NCBI GenBank assembly: GCA_040954595.2 | Contig: CM082579.2 | Location: 8,855,625-8,919,624 of the forward strand | DNA from: Balanoglossus misakiensis | Taxonomy: Eukaryota; Animalia; Hemichordata | Reading direction: 5' to 3' | DNA length: 64,000 nucleotides | Shown: one piece after another, positions 26,455-52,442 of the stretch | Position numbering within the stretch: position 1 is the first letter of the stretch | How the letters are laid out: each line of letters opens with the position of its first letter | The notes under the pieces: model-generated | Database searches by the model: none | What the model was told of the DNA's origin: nothing | Seen by the model: the letters and a program-made list of their open reading frames with translations, nothing else | Made by a program: the position numbers and the translations under genes

Positions 26455-29400
26455 ATGATCACTTCAAACCCCCAAGTGATTTGGATCTGCATATTTGCAC
26501 TACTTGTGGTGCAGAGTGCGGCTTCTGGCAAAAAGACGACGAAGATGATTAGCGAGGAGCGAAGAGTGCGCGCGCTGCGTCCGAGCTTCGTCAAACGTGA
26601 CTCTCAAGCTCCGTTAGTTCATGCCCCAGATGAGAAAATAGACGATGAATACATCGTCAAACTCAAGGTAAACAAATGGTATATTATGTACTTGGGATTG
26701 TATGCATTTATCTGCACCTTGTCGATCTGCTGTGATAATACAGATATTCCCCTTTTTATCGACAATGAATGTGATACATAATGTTATCAACATTAATTTT
26801 GTTTTAAAGTGAAGGGGTCGTCGCGCCGCGATGGTTTGATTATAAACATTTAAATTCATCCACAAATCCCTGAAATTAGATAATGTTGCTTTTTTATTCA
26901 GGACGACCTTACTGATGACCAATTGGTAGAATTCGAAGAAAAATTTCAAGCACTTTCAGAAGAGCATGGGTTACATATTGACTTTCAACTAAATGTGACA
27001 CGGCTGATGAAGGGTTTTGTTGCAAGAGTTCCTGGAGACGCAGTGGATATAGTATGTGTACATTTTATTCTCTATCAGTGCTTTTTACAATGTCTGTCTG
27101 TCTGTCTGTCTGTCTACCTGCGGGCGTGCATGCGTGCGTGCGTGCGTGTGTGTGTGTGTAATGTATGTAATGTATGTAATGTATGTAATGTATGTAATGT
27201 ATGTAATGTAATGTAATGTATGTATGTATGTATGTATGTATGTATGTATGTATGTATGTATGTATGTATGTATGTATGTATGTATGTATGTATGTATGTA
27301 TGTATGTATGTATGTATGTATGTATGTATGTATGTATGTATGTATGTATGTATGTATGTATGTATGTATGTATGTACGTGTATGTATGTATGTGTGTGTG
27401 AGCGTGCGTGTGTGTGTGTGTGTGAGTGTGTGTGTGTGTGTGTGTGTACGTACGTATCCAATTTATTAATTTGCCTATTTTGCATGTCGTAGCTCCGTTG
27501 GCTTGACGAGGTAGACTTTGTAGAAGAAGACGGAGTTATGCGTGCAACATTAGGAAATTGGGGTATAGACAGAATTGATCAACTCGACCTGCCGCTTGAT
27601 GATATCTTTTCTTCAAACCCATATGGTATGTCATTTAAAATTAAACCAGTGAAATACACGGTAATATACATGTGCGCAGGTGGTGGAACGTGCTTTGGTT
27701 CGCGTTGTTCATGCAGCTGTGGCCATTTTTTTTTATCGTGGGTGACAATGGATTATTTTCTGTTCTTCACAGGGACCGGTAGCGGCATTAACGTCTTCAT
27801 TGTGGATAGTGGTATATTGTTTGATCATCGAGAGTTTGGTGGGAGAGCAGTTCTATTCGAAGATTACATCCATGATAAGTTTGATGTAAGTTTTAAAATA
27901 TAGCTGTGAACAGCAATAAGCGGGTTTCGAGACACTACTAGCCCTATTGGTTCGCCTGGAGATAGATTTGTGCATATTTAATTACTGCATTAGTTGTACT
28001 ATCACTCCAAATGCCAAGGGTGTATGTGCTGTGGATGCTGAGATGTGGAAAAGTAGGTCAAAGGTCACGTGAGGTCACGCTTAATATGAGCAGAAAATGT
28101 TTACGCTATACTGGTCCATGTCAAACAAAACCCAGACCTGTAGCCCTACTGGTTTACCTGGAATTAGGTATGCACATAATTAATGAGTTAGGCAGGTGTC
28201 ACAGGTGACTCTAAAATTTGGCTTCTTATTTTGGTCCCGTCCACCCAAACACCTAAGCTGTACCTGCTCTGGATGCCGAGATATGTGAAAGTAGGTCAAA
28301 GGTCACCCAAGGACATCCAAAGTTTGGGGAAAAAAATTGTCCCCATACTGGTCCATGCCCGACAAAAACCAGACCTGTAGCCCTATTGGTTTGCCTGGAA
28401 TTAGGTATGCACATAGTTAATGAGTTGAGCAGGTGTCACAGGTGAGCCTTAAATTTGGCTTCTTATTTTGGTCCCATCCACCCAAACACCTAAGCTGTAC
28501 CTGCTCTGGATGCTGACGTATGCGAAAGTAGGTCAAAGGTCACCCAAGGTCACCCAAAATTTGGGGGAAAATTTGACCCCATACTGGTCCATGTCCGACA
28601 AAAACCAGACCTGTAGCCCTATTGGTTTGCCTGGAATTAGGTATGCACATAGTTAATGAGTTAAGCAGGTGTCACAGGTGAGCCTTAAATTTGGCTTCTT
28701 ATTTTGGTCCCATCCACCCAAACACCTAAGCTGTATCTGCTCTGGATGCTGAGATATGCGAAAGTAGGTCAAAGGTCACCCAAGGTCACCCAAAATTTGG
28801 GGAAAAAATTTGACCCCATACTGGTCCATGTCCGACAAAAACCAGACCTGTAGCCCTATTGGTTTGCCTGGAATTAGGTATGCACATAGTTAATGAGTTG
28901 AGCAGGTGTCACAGGTGAGCCTTAAATTTGGCTTCTTATTTTGGTCCCATCCACCCAAACACCTGAGCTGTACCTGCTCTGGATGCTGAGATATGCGAAA
29001 GTAGGTCAAAGGTCACCCAAGGTCACCCAAAATTTGGGGAAAAAATTTGACCCCATACTGGTCCATGTCTGACAAATACCAGACCTGTAGCCCTATTGGT
29101 TTGCCTGGAATTAGGTATGCACATAATTAATGAGTTGAGCAGGTGTCACGGTGAGCCTTAAATTTGGCTTCTTATTTTGGTCCCATCCACCCAAACACCT
29201 GAGCTGTACCTGCTCTTGATGCTGAGATATGCGAAAGTAGGTCAAAGGTCACCCAAGGTCACCCAAAATTTGGGAAAAAAATTTGACCCCATACTGGTCC
29301 ATGTCCGACAAAAACCAGACCTGTAGCCCTATTGGTTTGCCTGGAATTAGGTATGCACATAATTAATGAGTTGAGCAGGTGTCACAGGTGAGCCTTAAAT

Positions 29401-30025
29401 TTGGCTTCTTATTTTGGTCCTATGCTGCAGACTATTGCACCGACCAGAATTCTACAAAACTATGTGGCCATAGCTTAAGTATAGTGGAATAAGTATAGGT
29501 ATAGATTTCATAAAAAAATTAATATAAAAAAATCGGTCGATTTTCCATATTATTTTTTCCAGTTGGAACTGATTGTCGGAAGGTAGGCTAGCTGCACACA
29601 AAATTTGAAGCTGATCAGCCCAGCGGATGTTGAGATATTGGGCATAAATCTAAAATCCTAGGGGGCCATTGCTTAACCATGGAAAGTATAGGCCAATGGC
29701 TGGGTGCAATGGTCATCGAAAATATGAAAAATAATGCTTTAAAAATCATCTCCTCAAAATCGGCAAGGACTTAGACATTGAAATTTGGCATATAGGACCC
29801 TGGCCATATGGTCCACAAAGTTTCTGAACAGAATTTGGATTCTTCATTTTTTATGCAAATTAGACCAATTTAAAAGTTTAAATCCAAGATGGCTGCCAGG
29901 TCATGTGACCTGTTGCCATAGTGACATGATCAGAAAATTACTTGCTTTGAGTTTTACCTATGAGCCAAATTTCAAGTCATTAGGTGCAACGGTCTTCGAA
30001 TAGCGGCTGTTTTTAAAAGTGGGAA

Positions 30026-30068
<43 letters not shown>

Positions 30069-33000
30069 CAACACGATTTCAAGAGGGTTTCGAGACCCCT
30101 CTGGTCTCGAAACCCTAAAAATATATTATAGGTATCAGTGATGGTGTTAAAATTCCACGATGAACATTGGAAAGTCGCAATACATGCTGTAGACGCGCAC
30201 TTGTAATCAAGCTGATAAACTCAATCGGTTTGCAATACAAGAGATGACGAGAAAAAAACGAGACAAACTATCGTATATCTGGTGATGGCCACGGAAAAGG
30301 TCCCCGGTGAACTAGTCAAGTCCGTGACACGTAACTGTTTGCGACAGTAAAATAAACAGCAGAAATGTGAATAAGATTCTGTCAGATCAAAGTACTTCGG
30401 CCTCAAATTGAAATGAATTAAATTTGCATATATCGTCTCATAAACTCGATAACCGCAAGTAGCTGACAGAATTTACAATGGCATTTGTGAAATAAGCATA
30501 GTCTTTCGATGCTAGGCAGTCGACATGGTTTTTTTGACCTATTACCATTGCATTTTGCAAGTTCGACCACTTAGCTGTGAAACAAAATGGTCGTTATTTT
30601 TACAAGCTAACATTGTTCCAATTTGTGCTTTTTTGGAAAACGGCACCGTTTCAATCGTTAACTTGGCCATGTTTGCTGTTTCACGCGACCATTTATATTT
30701 TACAGCTGGGCGAGGACTGTACTGGACACGGCAGTGGCGTTGCTGGAATTGTTGGCGGAAATACTGTTGGAGTAGCCCCCGGGGTGACTTTACACTCAGT
30801 TCGTATTTTTGGTTGCGAACCTGAGGGAGACCGCGCTGACTTTCTTGCAGGTGAGACCAGCTTAGTTTGTACTTGTTGCCGTGTTTACTACATAGTCTTG
30901 ATTCCCTGCCCCATATTCCCACCACTGGCTACGCTAAAGGGTGGAGCAGCCAGCGGCGGGAATGATGGGACAGGGAACCAGACGAGTTCACTACAAAACT
31001 TTTAACGACGCGTGACAAGACGCGTGTCAAGTCGAAGCCGTACACGACTATTTTGAAGGAAGCTTTAAAGGCCAAGAGGCCACTTTTTCCCCACCTTAGA
31101 TCGGTGTATCTAAGAGATGACAAACTGATGCAAATACAATGAATGTCGCTTAAATGGTGAGGATTTTAAGCGATAGGGTGACGATTTAAAATATTTTATT
31201 GTGTAAAAAATATTTGTGACATTTGGCAGGTCCTACGGCTTTATTCTCCCCCGGTTCTTGTCTCTTTTCCTCGCAGCTTATGACGCAATCGCCAATTCAA
31301 ATATGAAACCCGCCGTGGTGTCTATTTCGGCTGCCGGTGGACATTCCGAAGTCGAGAATCTGGCAATTAAACGTTTAGTGGAAGCTGGATACACCGTGGT
31401 TGTTGGCGCTGCAAACGACGAAAACGATGCGTGTTTGAAATCACCCGCGTCGGCCCCTGAGGTATAATATTTTGAGCCTGAGAAAAGTAAAAATGATATT
31501 CTTATATACGTTAAAATGCGGGACATTCTGCCACTCGACTGGAAATTGGACTATACCATTCTCTGGTCGGGAGGGCCGAGGGTGTGTGAGGGTGGCGAGT
31601 CACTATAGAGATTTCGTATATAACAGCGCGTACTATGGTATACCTATAAAGGTTTCAATTATTACTGGTGATATATCACGCCCTTGTATTTGTCTCAAAT
31701 CTCGTGTACAACGCCATCTGTTACAGGCGATCACAGTGGGAGCTACAGATTCCGACGATTCCTTCGCTTGGTATTCAAATTACGGCAGCTGCGTGGACAT
31801 TTTGGCACCCGGAACTGACATCAGGAGTGCTTTCTGGCTGCCCGGAAGTTACTTTACTACTTGGGGAACCTCGTATGCAACGCCCTTTGTGTCCGGTAAG
31901 GATGTTTGGGTGTGTCCCGTGAGGGCAGAAACATACGTACCTGTACATCCATGTTACTGATGTTAAAAACAGAGAGTGAAAATTACATGATATCTCGGTG
32001 AAGCAACGATTGTCAAGCAATGATCTTGTGTTTGAGCTAAATGGAAGAGGAGCGTTTCACAGCGCTGGGAAGTGTCTATGATGCGTTAAAATGGCGGTGC
32101 GAGGTCAACTGTGCTTTTCACTAAAACCGGCCGGTAGTAAACCGGAAGTGACGTCGTGACAAACACAAATACAATATAGCAGGTAGTCACCAGACCTTAC
32201 AGTCGTCGTGTGTGTTGCTGTAAATGTCTTCCTCCATATCCCTCCTCCCAAGGTGTCGCAGCCCTTCTTCTTGAAGCAGACAACACCCTTACACCAACCG
32301 GCGTGTACAATGCGTTGATGAAGGCAGCGGCGTCAGACAGAATCGACATGTCCGGTGTGCCCGAACCCTATCGTTCACAGACACCGAACAAACTTGTCCA
32401 GATTCCCAAAGGTGAGTTGACACATATATTCGTAATGTCTGAACCCAGGGAGACCCGATTAACTTTCAAAAGCATAGGCAGGATTCCAGATTAAACAGGG
32501 CCTGGCTTAGAAAGGCTTTACTGTACATACTTGTGCGCAGAACACAATTTTTGCTCATTTGGATGAACGTTTTTTTCTACTCCAGCATAAAAAATGACCT
32601 GTGCGTGCCAACATGCTGATGGCAGGTTTAATTTTGATTGTAAACATAGTTCTGACTGACTGACTGATTGACTAACTAACTCACTACTCACTAGATCACT
32701 GATATGGTAGCTGGTATCTTACCATAGTTTCTTCTTGCATCACACTTTGATTAGATCTGAAATGGCGAGTGGATGGTCGATGTGGACCAAACAACCCTCT
32801 TCCCGATGGCACTGCAGCTCAGTGTAATCCCGATGGATACTCGCCGTGCTGTTCATATTACGGTTACTGTGGTTCGTCCGATAGTCACTGCACTTGCTAT
32901 GGGTGCATAGACTACAGATGTGAGTGGCGTCGAATACTATTGCAGCACGAGTTAATGTATGTGCATCTGCGAGTCAATATCTTCACTCTCAGACATTAAT

Positions 33001-33584
33001 ACTGTAATTGTACATGCGCACTATATCCGTTGCGATCCAATATGGCGGCCATTTTCTGCAGTAACACGTGCATGATTCAATTTGGTTGCCAGATATGTTG
33101 TTATGCGCTCAAATATAGCAGAGGTTATTTCTGCACACATGAATTGTCGACTGGTTTCATTTCACTGTGATTCCGCCAATGATTTCGAGCGATCGATGTG
33201 CACTTTTCCTAAACGTTCTTCTGTTTCTTGAGATACAGACAGCAAAAGATGGCGAAATGATTACCGATGTGGACCATACTATCCTCTTTTCGATGGCTCT
33301 CCATCAGAATGTGACCCTTTTGGATACTATCCTTGCTGTTTCCCCGAGTACGGTTGGTGTGGTAACACTGCGGAGTACTGCTATTGTGCCACGTGCATAG
33401 ACTACAGAAGTAAGTAGCGCTGATGATACAGCACAAAATATTGCCATTTCCAAAATAAATAACTGGATAGAGAAAGTGAAGACTCCATACAAACATTACC
33501 CTCAAAGGGGGTCCTACAAACATACCATAACATTATTATTAAGAAAGCAATCTTTCCTTTATGTTCGCAGCGATGTTATTCTGA
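26455..33584 (+). CDS. Secreted subtilisin-like serine protease (peptidase S8A, proteinase K/aqualysin/PCSK9-like) with I9 prodomain and two C-terminal hevein-like (chitin-binding type 1) Cys-rich domains
   Basis: Exons: 26455-26667 (signal [24 protein letters not shown]; I9 EYIVKLK), 26902-27051, 27493-27625 ([15 protein letters not shown]), 27773-27885 (catalytic Asp, IVDSG), 30706-30850 (His, [11 protein letters not shown]), 31277-31461 (oxyanion Asn, VGAAND..DAC..SPAS), 31727-31895 ([13 protein letters not shown]; Ser, [11 protein letters not shown]), 32253-32411 (TPNKL), 32755-32919 and 33239-33409 (WR.D.RCG..PL.DG...C.P....PCC...GWCG....C.C..CIDYR). The C-terminus is uncertain: read-through stop at 33417, or a last exon 33571-33584. 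A probable 5'UTR exon ends at the donor at 26250. Confidence 0.9.
27091..27447. repeat. Compound microsatellite (TGTC)n(TGCG)n(TG)n(TAATGTATG)n(TATG)n(TG)n in a subtilase intron
   Basis: Directly visible; source of the MYVC and HTYI ORFs. Confidence 0.97.
27896..30118 (-). mobile_element. Non-autonomous Helentron/HINE (DINE-1-like) element in the subtilase intron 27886-30705
   Basis: Right end: 13-bp-stem hairpin GGGTTTCGAGACC-CCTCT-GGTCTCGAAACCC (30085-30115) next to an (AAT)n tract (30027-30064). Left end: the matching subterminal inverted repeat GGGTTTCGAGAC (27922-27933) and a small hairpin GCTGT-GA-ACAGC (27903-27914). Both flanks are A/T runs with no obvious TSD, and the element has an internal tandem array. 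No transposase ORF seen. Confidence 0.75.
27940..29420. repeat. ~237-bp tandem repeat (5 near-identical copies plus one diverged first copy) inside the HINE-like element
   Basis: Marker AAATTTGGCTTCTTATTTTGGTCC recurs at 28214, 28451, 28687, 28924, 29160 and 29397 (spacing 236-237). Confidence 0.97.
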
Positions 33585-34528
33585 GAGTACGTGATATTAT
33601 AGAGCTGTTGGCGAATTGGATGATGGTGGACATTAATGGAGATTATGGACAAGACTGTGATGACTGCGGAAACCGACGCTGTCTGTGAGACATACTTGTG
33701 TCACAGTGACTGAAACTCTATCTAGAAGTTAGACATCCTTCTCAATTACATAGCATTGCATGCATAAAATGGCATTTCAGTATCGATTTGTTGTTTCCCT
33801 TCTGTCTTTGTCGCCCGTTATTACAATGTATTTCAAAGACAACCGAGCTCCTGCATGGACGGCCTTGTTGAATGATTTACTGGTTATCGTTGGTATAGCA
33901 ATTATTTGGAATAAAGTTATTGGTTATGGCATCGGTATGCTGTCGTTATACTAGTATTCACTCGCAATTCTGGGGTCAAAGGTCACAAACTTCCACACCC
34001 TGCATGATGTCATAAACACCACATCATAGAATATATAGCACAACCTACGACAGGATCGCGGCCCAAGTATGCGTATGACATTTTTTACTCCGATGCAGCG
34101 ACCCATTACGTATAAGACGCGCATATTTCTACATTGTTTGAATATCTCAGATTGGACGGTTATACATGTATCTCTAATGTTCTGATACTCCGTATGTCAC
34201 ACCTACACACACAGACACATAATTTATTTCCTTATAAAAATGTGTCGTCGGGCTTTATTGAACGTATTGCACATGTTAGAAAATCCGCTTCGCTACCGCC
34301 ACGTTATCAGATTTCATAAATAAAAAATAGCTGATGCATGCTTACTCTGTTATTTGAACAATAGAACATGTTCGTCTTAAATTATCGACAAAGATCTACC
34401 AAAGTGATAGAGAAAGCAGACAGTACCAGTATAGGCAAGCTAAAAATCCAATCGGGAGGTCCATCACAATTCTACAAAACTCTCCCCTGTCGTGTCGAAT
34501 CGACGACCCGGTGACGCTGGAAATTCCT

Positions 34529-48258
<13,730 letters not shown>

Positions 48259-48536
48259 TTCCAATCGTCAAATGAACTGTATCGTTATAATCTTGAAATC
48301 CGCATGGAAGCATTAAGGAAGTTCGTTCCTGCTGTCTGTTGCAACAAGTATCTTTGACGTCGACGTGGAAGTAGAAGTTATAGCGACCATCATCCCGCAG
48401 CCGCCGAACCGAGAGGTCACGTGATGACTCACCCCAAGAACGAGGAAGTGGACGTTTCGTTAACTCGAGCACGCAGCGTCCGGCTTTCGAAGAATTTAGG
48501 TTACATATAGTGTATTGGAGGAATACTTGGACTGCC
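48259..48536. promoter_or_regulatory. Putative bidirectional promoter between gene B and the UST-like gene
   Basis: 278 bp between divergent inferred ATGs. CpG-rich, with clustered E-box GTCACGTGA (48416-48424), AP-1 TGACTCA (48425-48431) and ETS GGAAGTG (48444-48450). Confidence 0.5.
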
Positions 48537-50920
48537 ATGGGTAAGTCCGAAAAAGTTTGTATTATAATAAAGTAATAATGGATTTACTAATAAGGCGTGG
48601 CCCATTCGATATGCGGGAGGGAGGGTCGAGGGCTTTTACGGACAAAAATTGTCGCTAGCCAACTGTGAAAAAAAATGTTTGTCTCTGCATTAGCCTACAA
48701 TGCAAAAAATGTTTACTTTTAGGGCGGCCAATACTCTTGTCGATGCAAGCCATGTAATATTTTGGATTAATTCCGTCATTTCTGTATTATTAAATAAAAA
48801 TATATACATAGCCTACATGTACTGGCAACACAATCGGCGTGAAAGATAACCACACAACGACTGGAGTGGACACTCCTCTGCTTGAAGATCCTACCGTAGC
48901 GGGCGTGTACATACTCCCAGGTTGAAAAATGAATGACACGTCAGGCGAGACAGACACGCGGTTTTCGCACACTACTTCATCGATTTATAATTATATATAA
49001 TTGCTATCCTAATAATAAGTGGAGAGCCGAATAAATATCACGGTGGAATCATTTGGCATTATCCCGAATATGTACTGCAAACATCTGTGCTTATACACTG
49101 TAAAGGAAAAATGTGTAACAGATGCCGCGGACGTGATTGGTTTTGATTGAAAGGCAGGCGTGATTAAAAGCGAGTCCATGTCACCAGTTTCACCAAGCGG
49201 GCTCGGGATGCCACAGAAAATATGGCCATCACGCCGACAAACTGACACTGATGTGTAATTATCATTCATAAGAAGCACGCCTATACTTTGGCGGCCCAGG
49301 TGTAGTAGAGTTACATTGGCAGTCCGAGTAAGTACAGAGCAAATTGTGTTATATTGTCTAAATTTGTAATAGTAACACCACTGTAATACGGGGCTAAAGC
49401 ATTCACGTGAATGTGGCAGCTGGTCCCATTTTTTCCGCGCTCATTTCATCCATTGTTATCACTCTCCCCCAACAAAACAACTCAAAATGTTCAGACAAAA
49501 TATGCATTTAAAGTGTAGACAGAAGATCTAGACCCACACAGTTAACGGATTTGCGGGTTATACTGCAGCGTGTATAGTTTGTATTTCGCAGCGACGTGGA
49601 TTTGGCCAGAAAACATCAAAATAAGTGTCGGTTGCGAGAAATGTATTTTTGAAAGTCAATGAGCTTCAGATTTTCCAGAGAATATCAACGGCATCTTTTT
49701 AATATTGTGTTTTGCTATTTATATTGTCTGTGTTCCGACATAATCGTCTACCGTGTCAGGGTCAGCTGATGGCGTTCCATCTTCCCGCAGATTAGCCTAT
49801 AGATATTTTAGGATCACGCACGGTCACCATGGAAACCACCCGCGTGGTCCCGACACATCGGAGGCGGCGTTTCAACTTGTTCAGCATATACAACACCCTC
49901 CTGTCGACGGCCGTGATGATATCTGTCGTTGGGCTTTACTCCTTCTCGCAGAGAATGAAAGTCGAGACCCGGCTGCCGACTACAGCAAACGACCTTCGAG
50001 AAGAGAGGTCGCGCCTGGACGCAGCGTCGACGTCGACACACGGGCCCGCCACCATCACTGCAAAAACGGGCCTGCCCATGGACGTCGGAATGACGAAGAA
50101 TATCACGAGGCTCGTCTACAACAGGGTCGGGAAGTGCGGCAGTCGAACGTTGCTGGCGGTAATCGAGAAAACGTCCCACTGGAATAAATTCAACAACGCG
50201 AAGAGTCGGGAATACCACGGCAGGATTCTTGACAACAGCGAGGAAGCGGAACTCGTCGATGAAATCATGAACCTGACGCCGCCTTTCCTGTACAACCGTC
50301 ACATAGACTACGTCGATTTCGAACGACACAACGTCGGACACGCCCCGATGTACATAAATCTCATACGGGACCCCGTGGACCGCAAAATCTCGTCGTTTTA
50401 CTATCTCCGTTTCGGGGACATGCAGCAGTCGCGAGAATCGACCAAGCGTGACCTGAACGTCACGTTCGAAGAATGCGTTCTCGAGGAACACGACGAGTGC
50501 AGGGCGGGCATGATCTCCATCATCCCGTACTTCTGCGGTCAGTCGGATCGCTGTCGCGAGGACGGCGAGTGGGCGCTGGCCACGGCCAAGCGTAACGTGG
50601 TAGAGAAGTACGTCTTTGTGGGGATCTTGGGACATTTCGAGCGGTCCTTGCGCGTTTTCCGTTACCTCCTGCCCCAGTTCTTCCGATTGGCCCCGAAGGC
50701 CTACAAGATCATCCAGAAGAAAGACGCCATGGCGAAATTCAAGTCTCGTTCGCGCAAAGAGGCGCCGGATTACGTCAAACAAATTATGAAGGAAAGGATG
50801 CCACTGGATTACGAATTCTACAATTTTGTCGAGGAGCGAATGTTATTACTCGAAAAACAGATTGAAATGGCTGAATCCAAAGGGAAGAAATTGAAGAAGA
50901 CAGCTGTAACCTTCCGGTAA
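48537..50920 (+). CDS. UST: Uronyl 2-O-sulfotransferase-like (UST/HS2ST family) Golgi type II membrane enzyme
   Basis: Main ORF 49829-50920 (363 aa) has an N-terminal anchor (LFSIYNTLLSTAVMISVVGLYSF), 5'-PAPS motif VYNRVGKCGSRT, 3'-PAPS motif YINLIRDPVDRKISSFYYLRFGD and family motif IIPYFCGQ..CR..GEWAL..AK.NV. A probable first coding exon GCC-ATG-G|GTAAGT (48537-48540) splices in frame to the acceptor before 49812, adding MGSRTVT. Confidence 0.92.
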
Positions 50921-52442
50921 TCGCGGTTGGAAAGACGTTTGGGAGAGGGTCCGATAAAAATCGGAGGGAAGGGTTTAAAAAGACACTGTCTGTTTTTGAA
51001 ATTTCAATTTGGCAAACAGGCTGTGCTAGGTCCAATAGTTGTCAGCTGTCTCCTCTGAATCAGCACTGCAGGCAAATTCAGACCAAAGCAAAATGATGCG
51101 CCACACTCGTCACACGCCCTCTAGAGATAAGTTGATAGTCGAACGTTGGTCAGTCTGAATTTTGTCAGGTGGGCCAATGCATTTCCGAAAACGCCACTTC
51201 TGTTGCACTTAAACGTTACATATTGTGCTGTACTACTAAAAGAAAAATGAACTGTTCAACAAAAGCTGCAAGTTTATACCTGTGGGGTATATGTACATTT
51301 ATAGTGATCAAAAATGGTTCGAGTTATATCAAGAATATCATTCTGGTTACACATTGCACAATGCTCCGTCGTATTGCAAGTGGCTTTCAATTCTCACTAC
51401 ATTAAACACATTTTTGCTACCTAGGTTAGCAAAAAAAAATTGTCGTCAGAATTTCAAGATGGCGGATTTATGCATAAATTGTGACAGGAATTTCAGAAGC
51501 TTAAGTAATGTAATGATAATACTGTAATTTTGTTGCAGAAAACAAAATAAAACAAAGTTGGAAGTGTTCTAACTATAAAGAGAGAATTTTAGACGGAGAG
51601 AAACCATGCAACACGGGCAAAATAAACATCCCTTCAAAGACTTTTTTACCCATTTTGCTGCCTCTGTAACAACAGCCCAGTTTGCTTAATGAAAGTGAGA
51701 TTTAAACGAACCAAGAATGGGTTTGCAGATGTATATTATATAAAAAGCTACATCTCCGTCGTCGTATTAAGCGTGTATTGGATACACGCGTGTCGAAGAT
51801 CAGGACCGGTTCTAGTATACGTACGTGTTTGCCCTCCTCGCGGTTCCCCGCGGAATCTGCGGTAAAAAATTGACAATGTGTCATCCAGGAAGCGCACATT
51901 TTTGCAATTGTTCGCCTTCTCTTAAAGCTGTTTAGGTTGATAGGCATGCAGCTATCGCACTTTTAGCTGAGACTTGCGGATACACAACGAAAGAAAGCGA
52001 GAAAACAATTTATGAAAGAGGCGGGGATTAAGTTAAAAATCTTTATTTAGTCATAAACAAGCACAACGCGACCAGTGAGCTAGTCTTCAAAATACAGACT
52101 TGCAGTTAAATAACGTCACGCACTATTAATTGAAAACAAGCAAGGATAAAGTTCATTGCCACGCCGTTTTAGTCTGTTGAGAGAGATAGATACAGCAGGT
52201 TTAGTAGCAAAGAGTTAGCGATGGAAACGGAATTTAACAATGGAGAATAAGATGTTGCGCTTAAAAACTTAAAGGATAATGTTTGACAGCTTTATATAGT
52301 GCTTTAGAGTGAGGAAGGCTGAAGAACAATAGTAAGATGATAGTAAGCATAGTAGATTTAGACACAAGACAAGATGCTGAAAGATTACCAAAGTCCAAAT
52401 ATTTCAAACTTTCCCTTTAGCGCTGCTTTGAAGGTAGCCATT

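Noticed and set aside
27114-27492. MYVC/HTYI-repeat ORFs, and similar poly-V, poly-N/I, poly-H/T, LYCTV and FIYL ORFs elsewhere
   Set aside because: These are translations of intronic microsatellites.
49814-50782. 322-aa antisense ORF overlapping the sulfotransferase
   Set aside because: It is the expected shadow frame of a GC3-rich CDS, begins at a non-ATG codon and shows no recognisable motifs.
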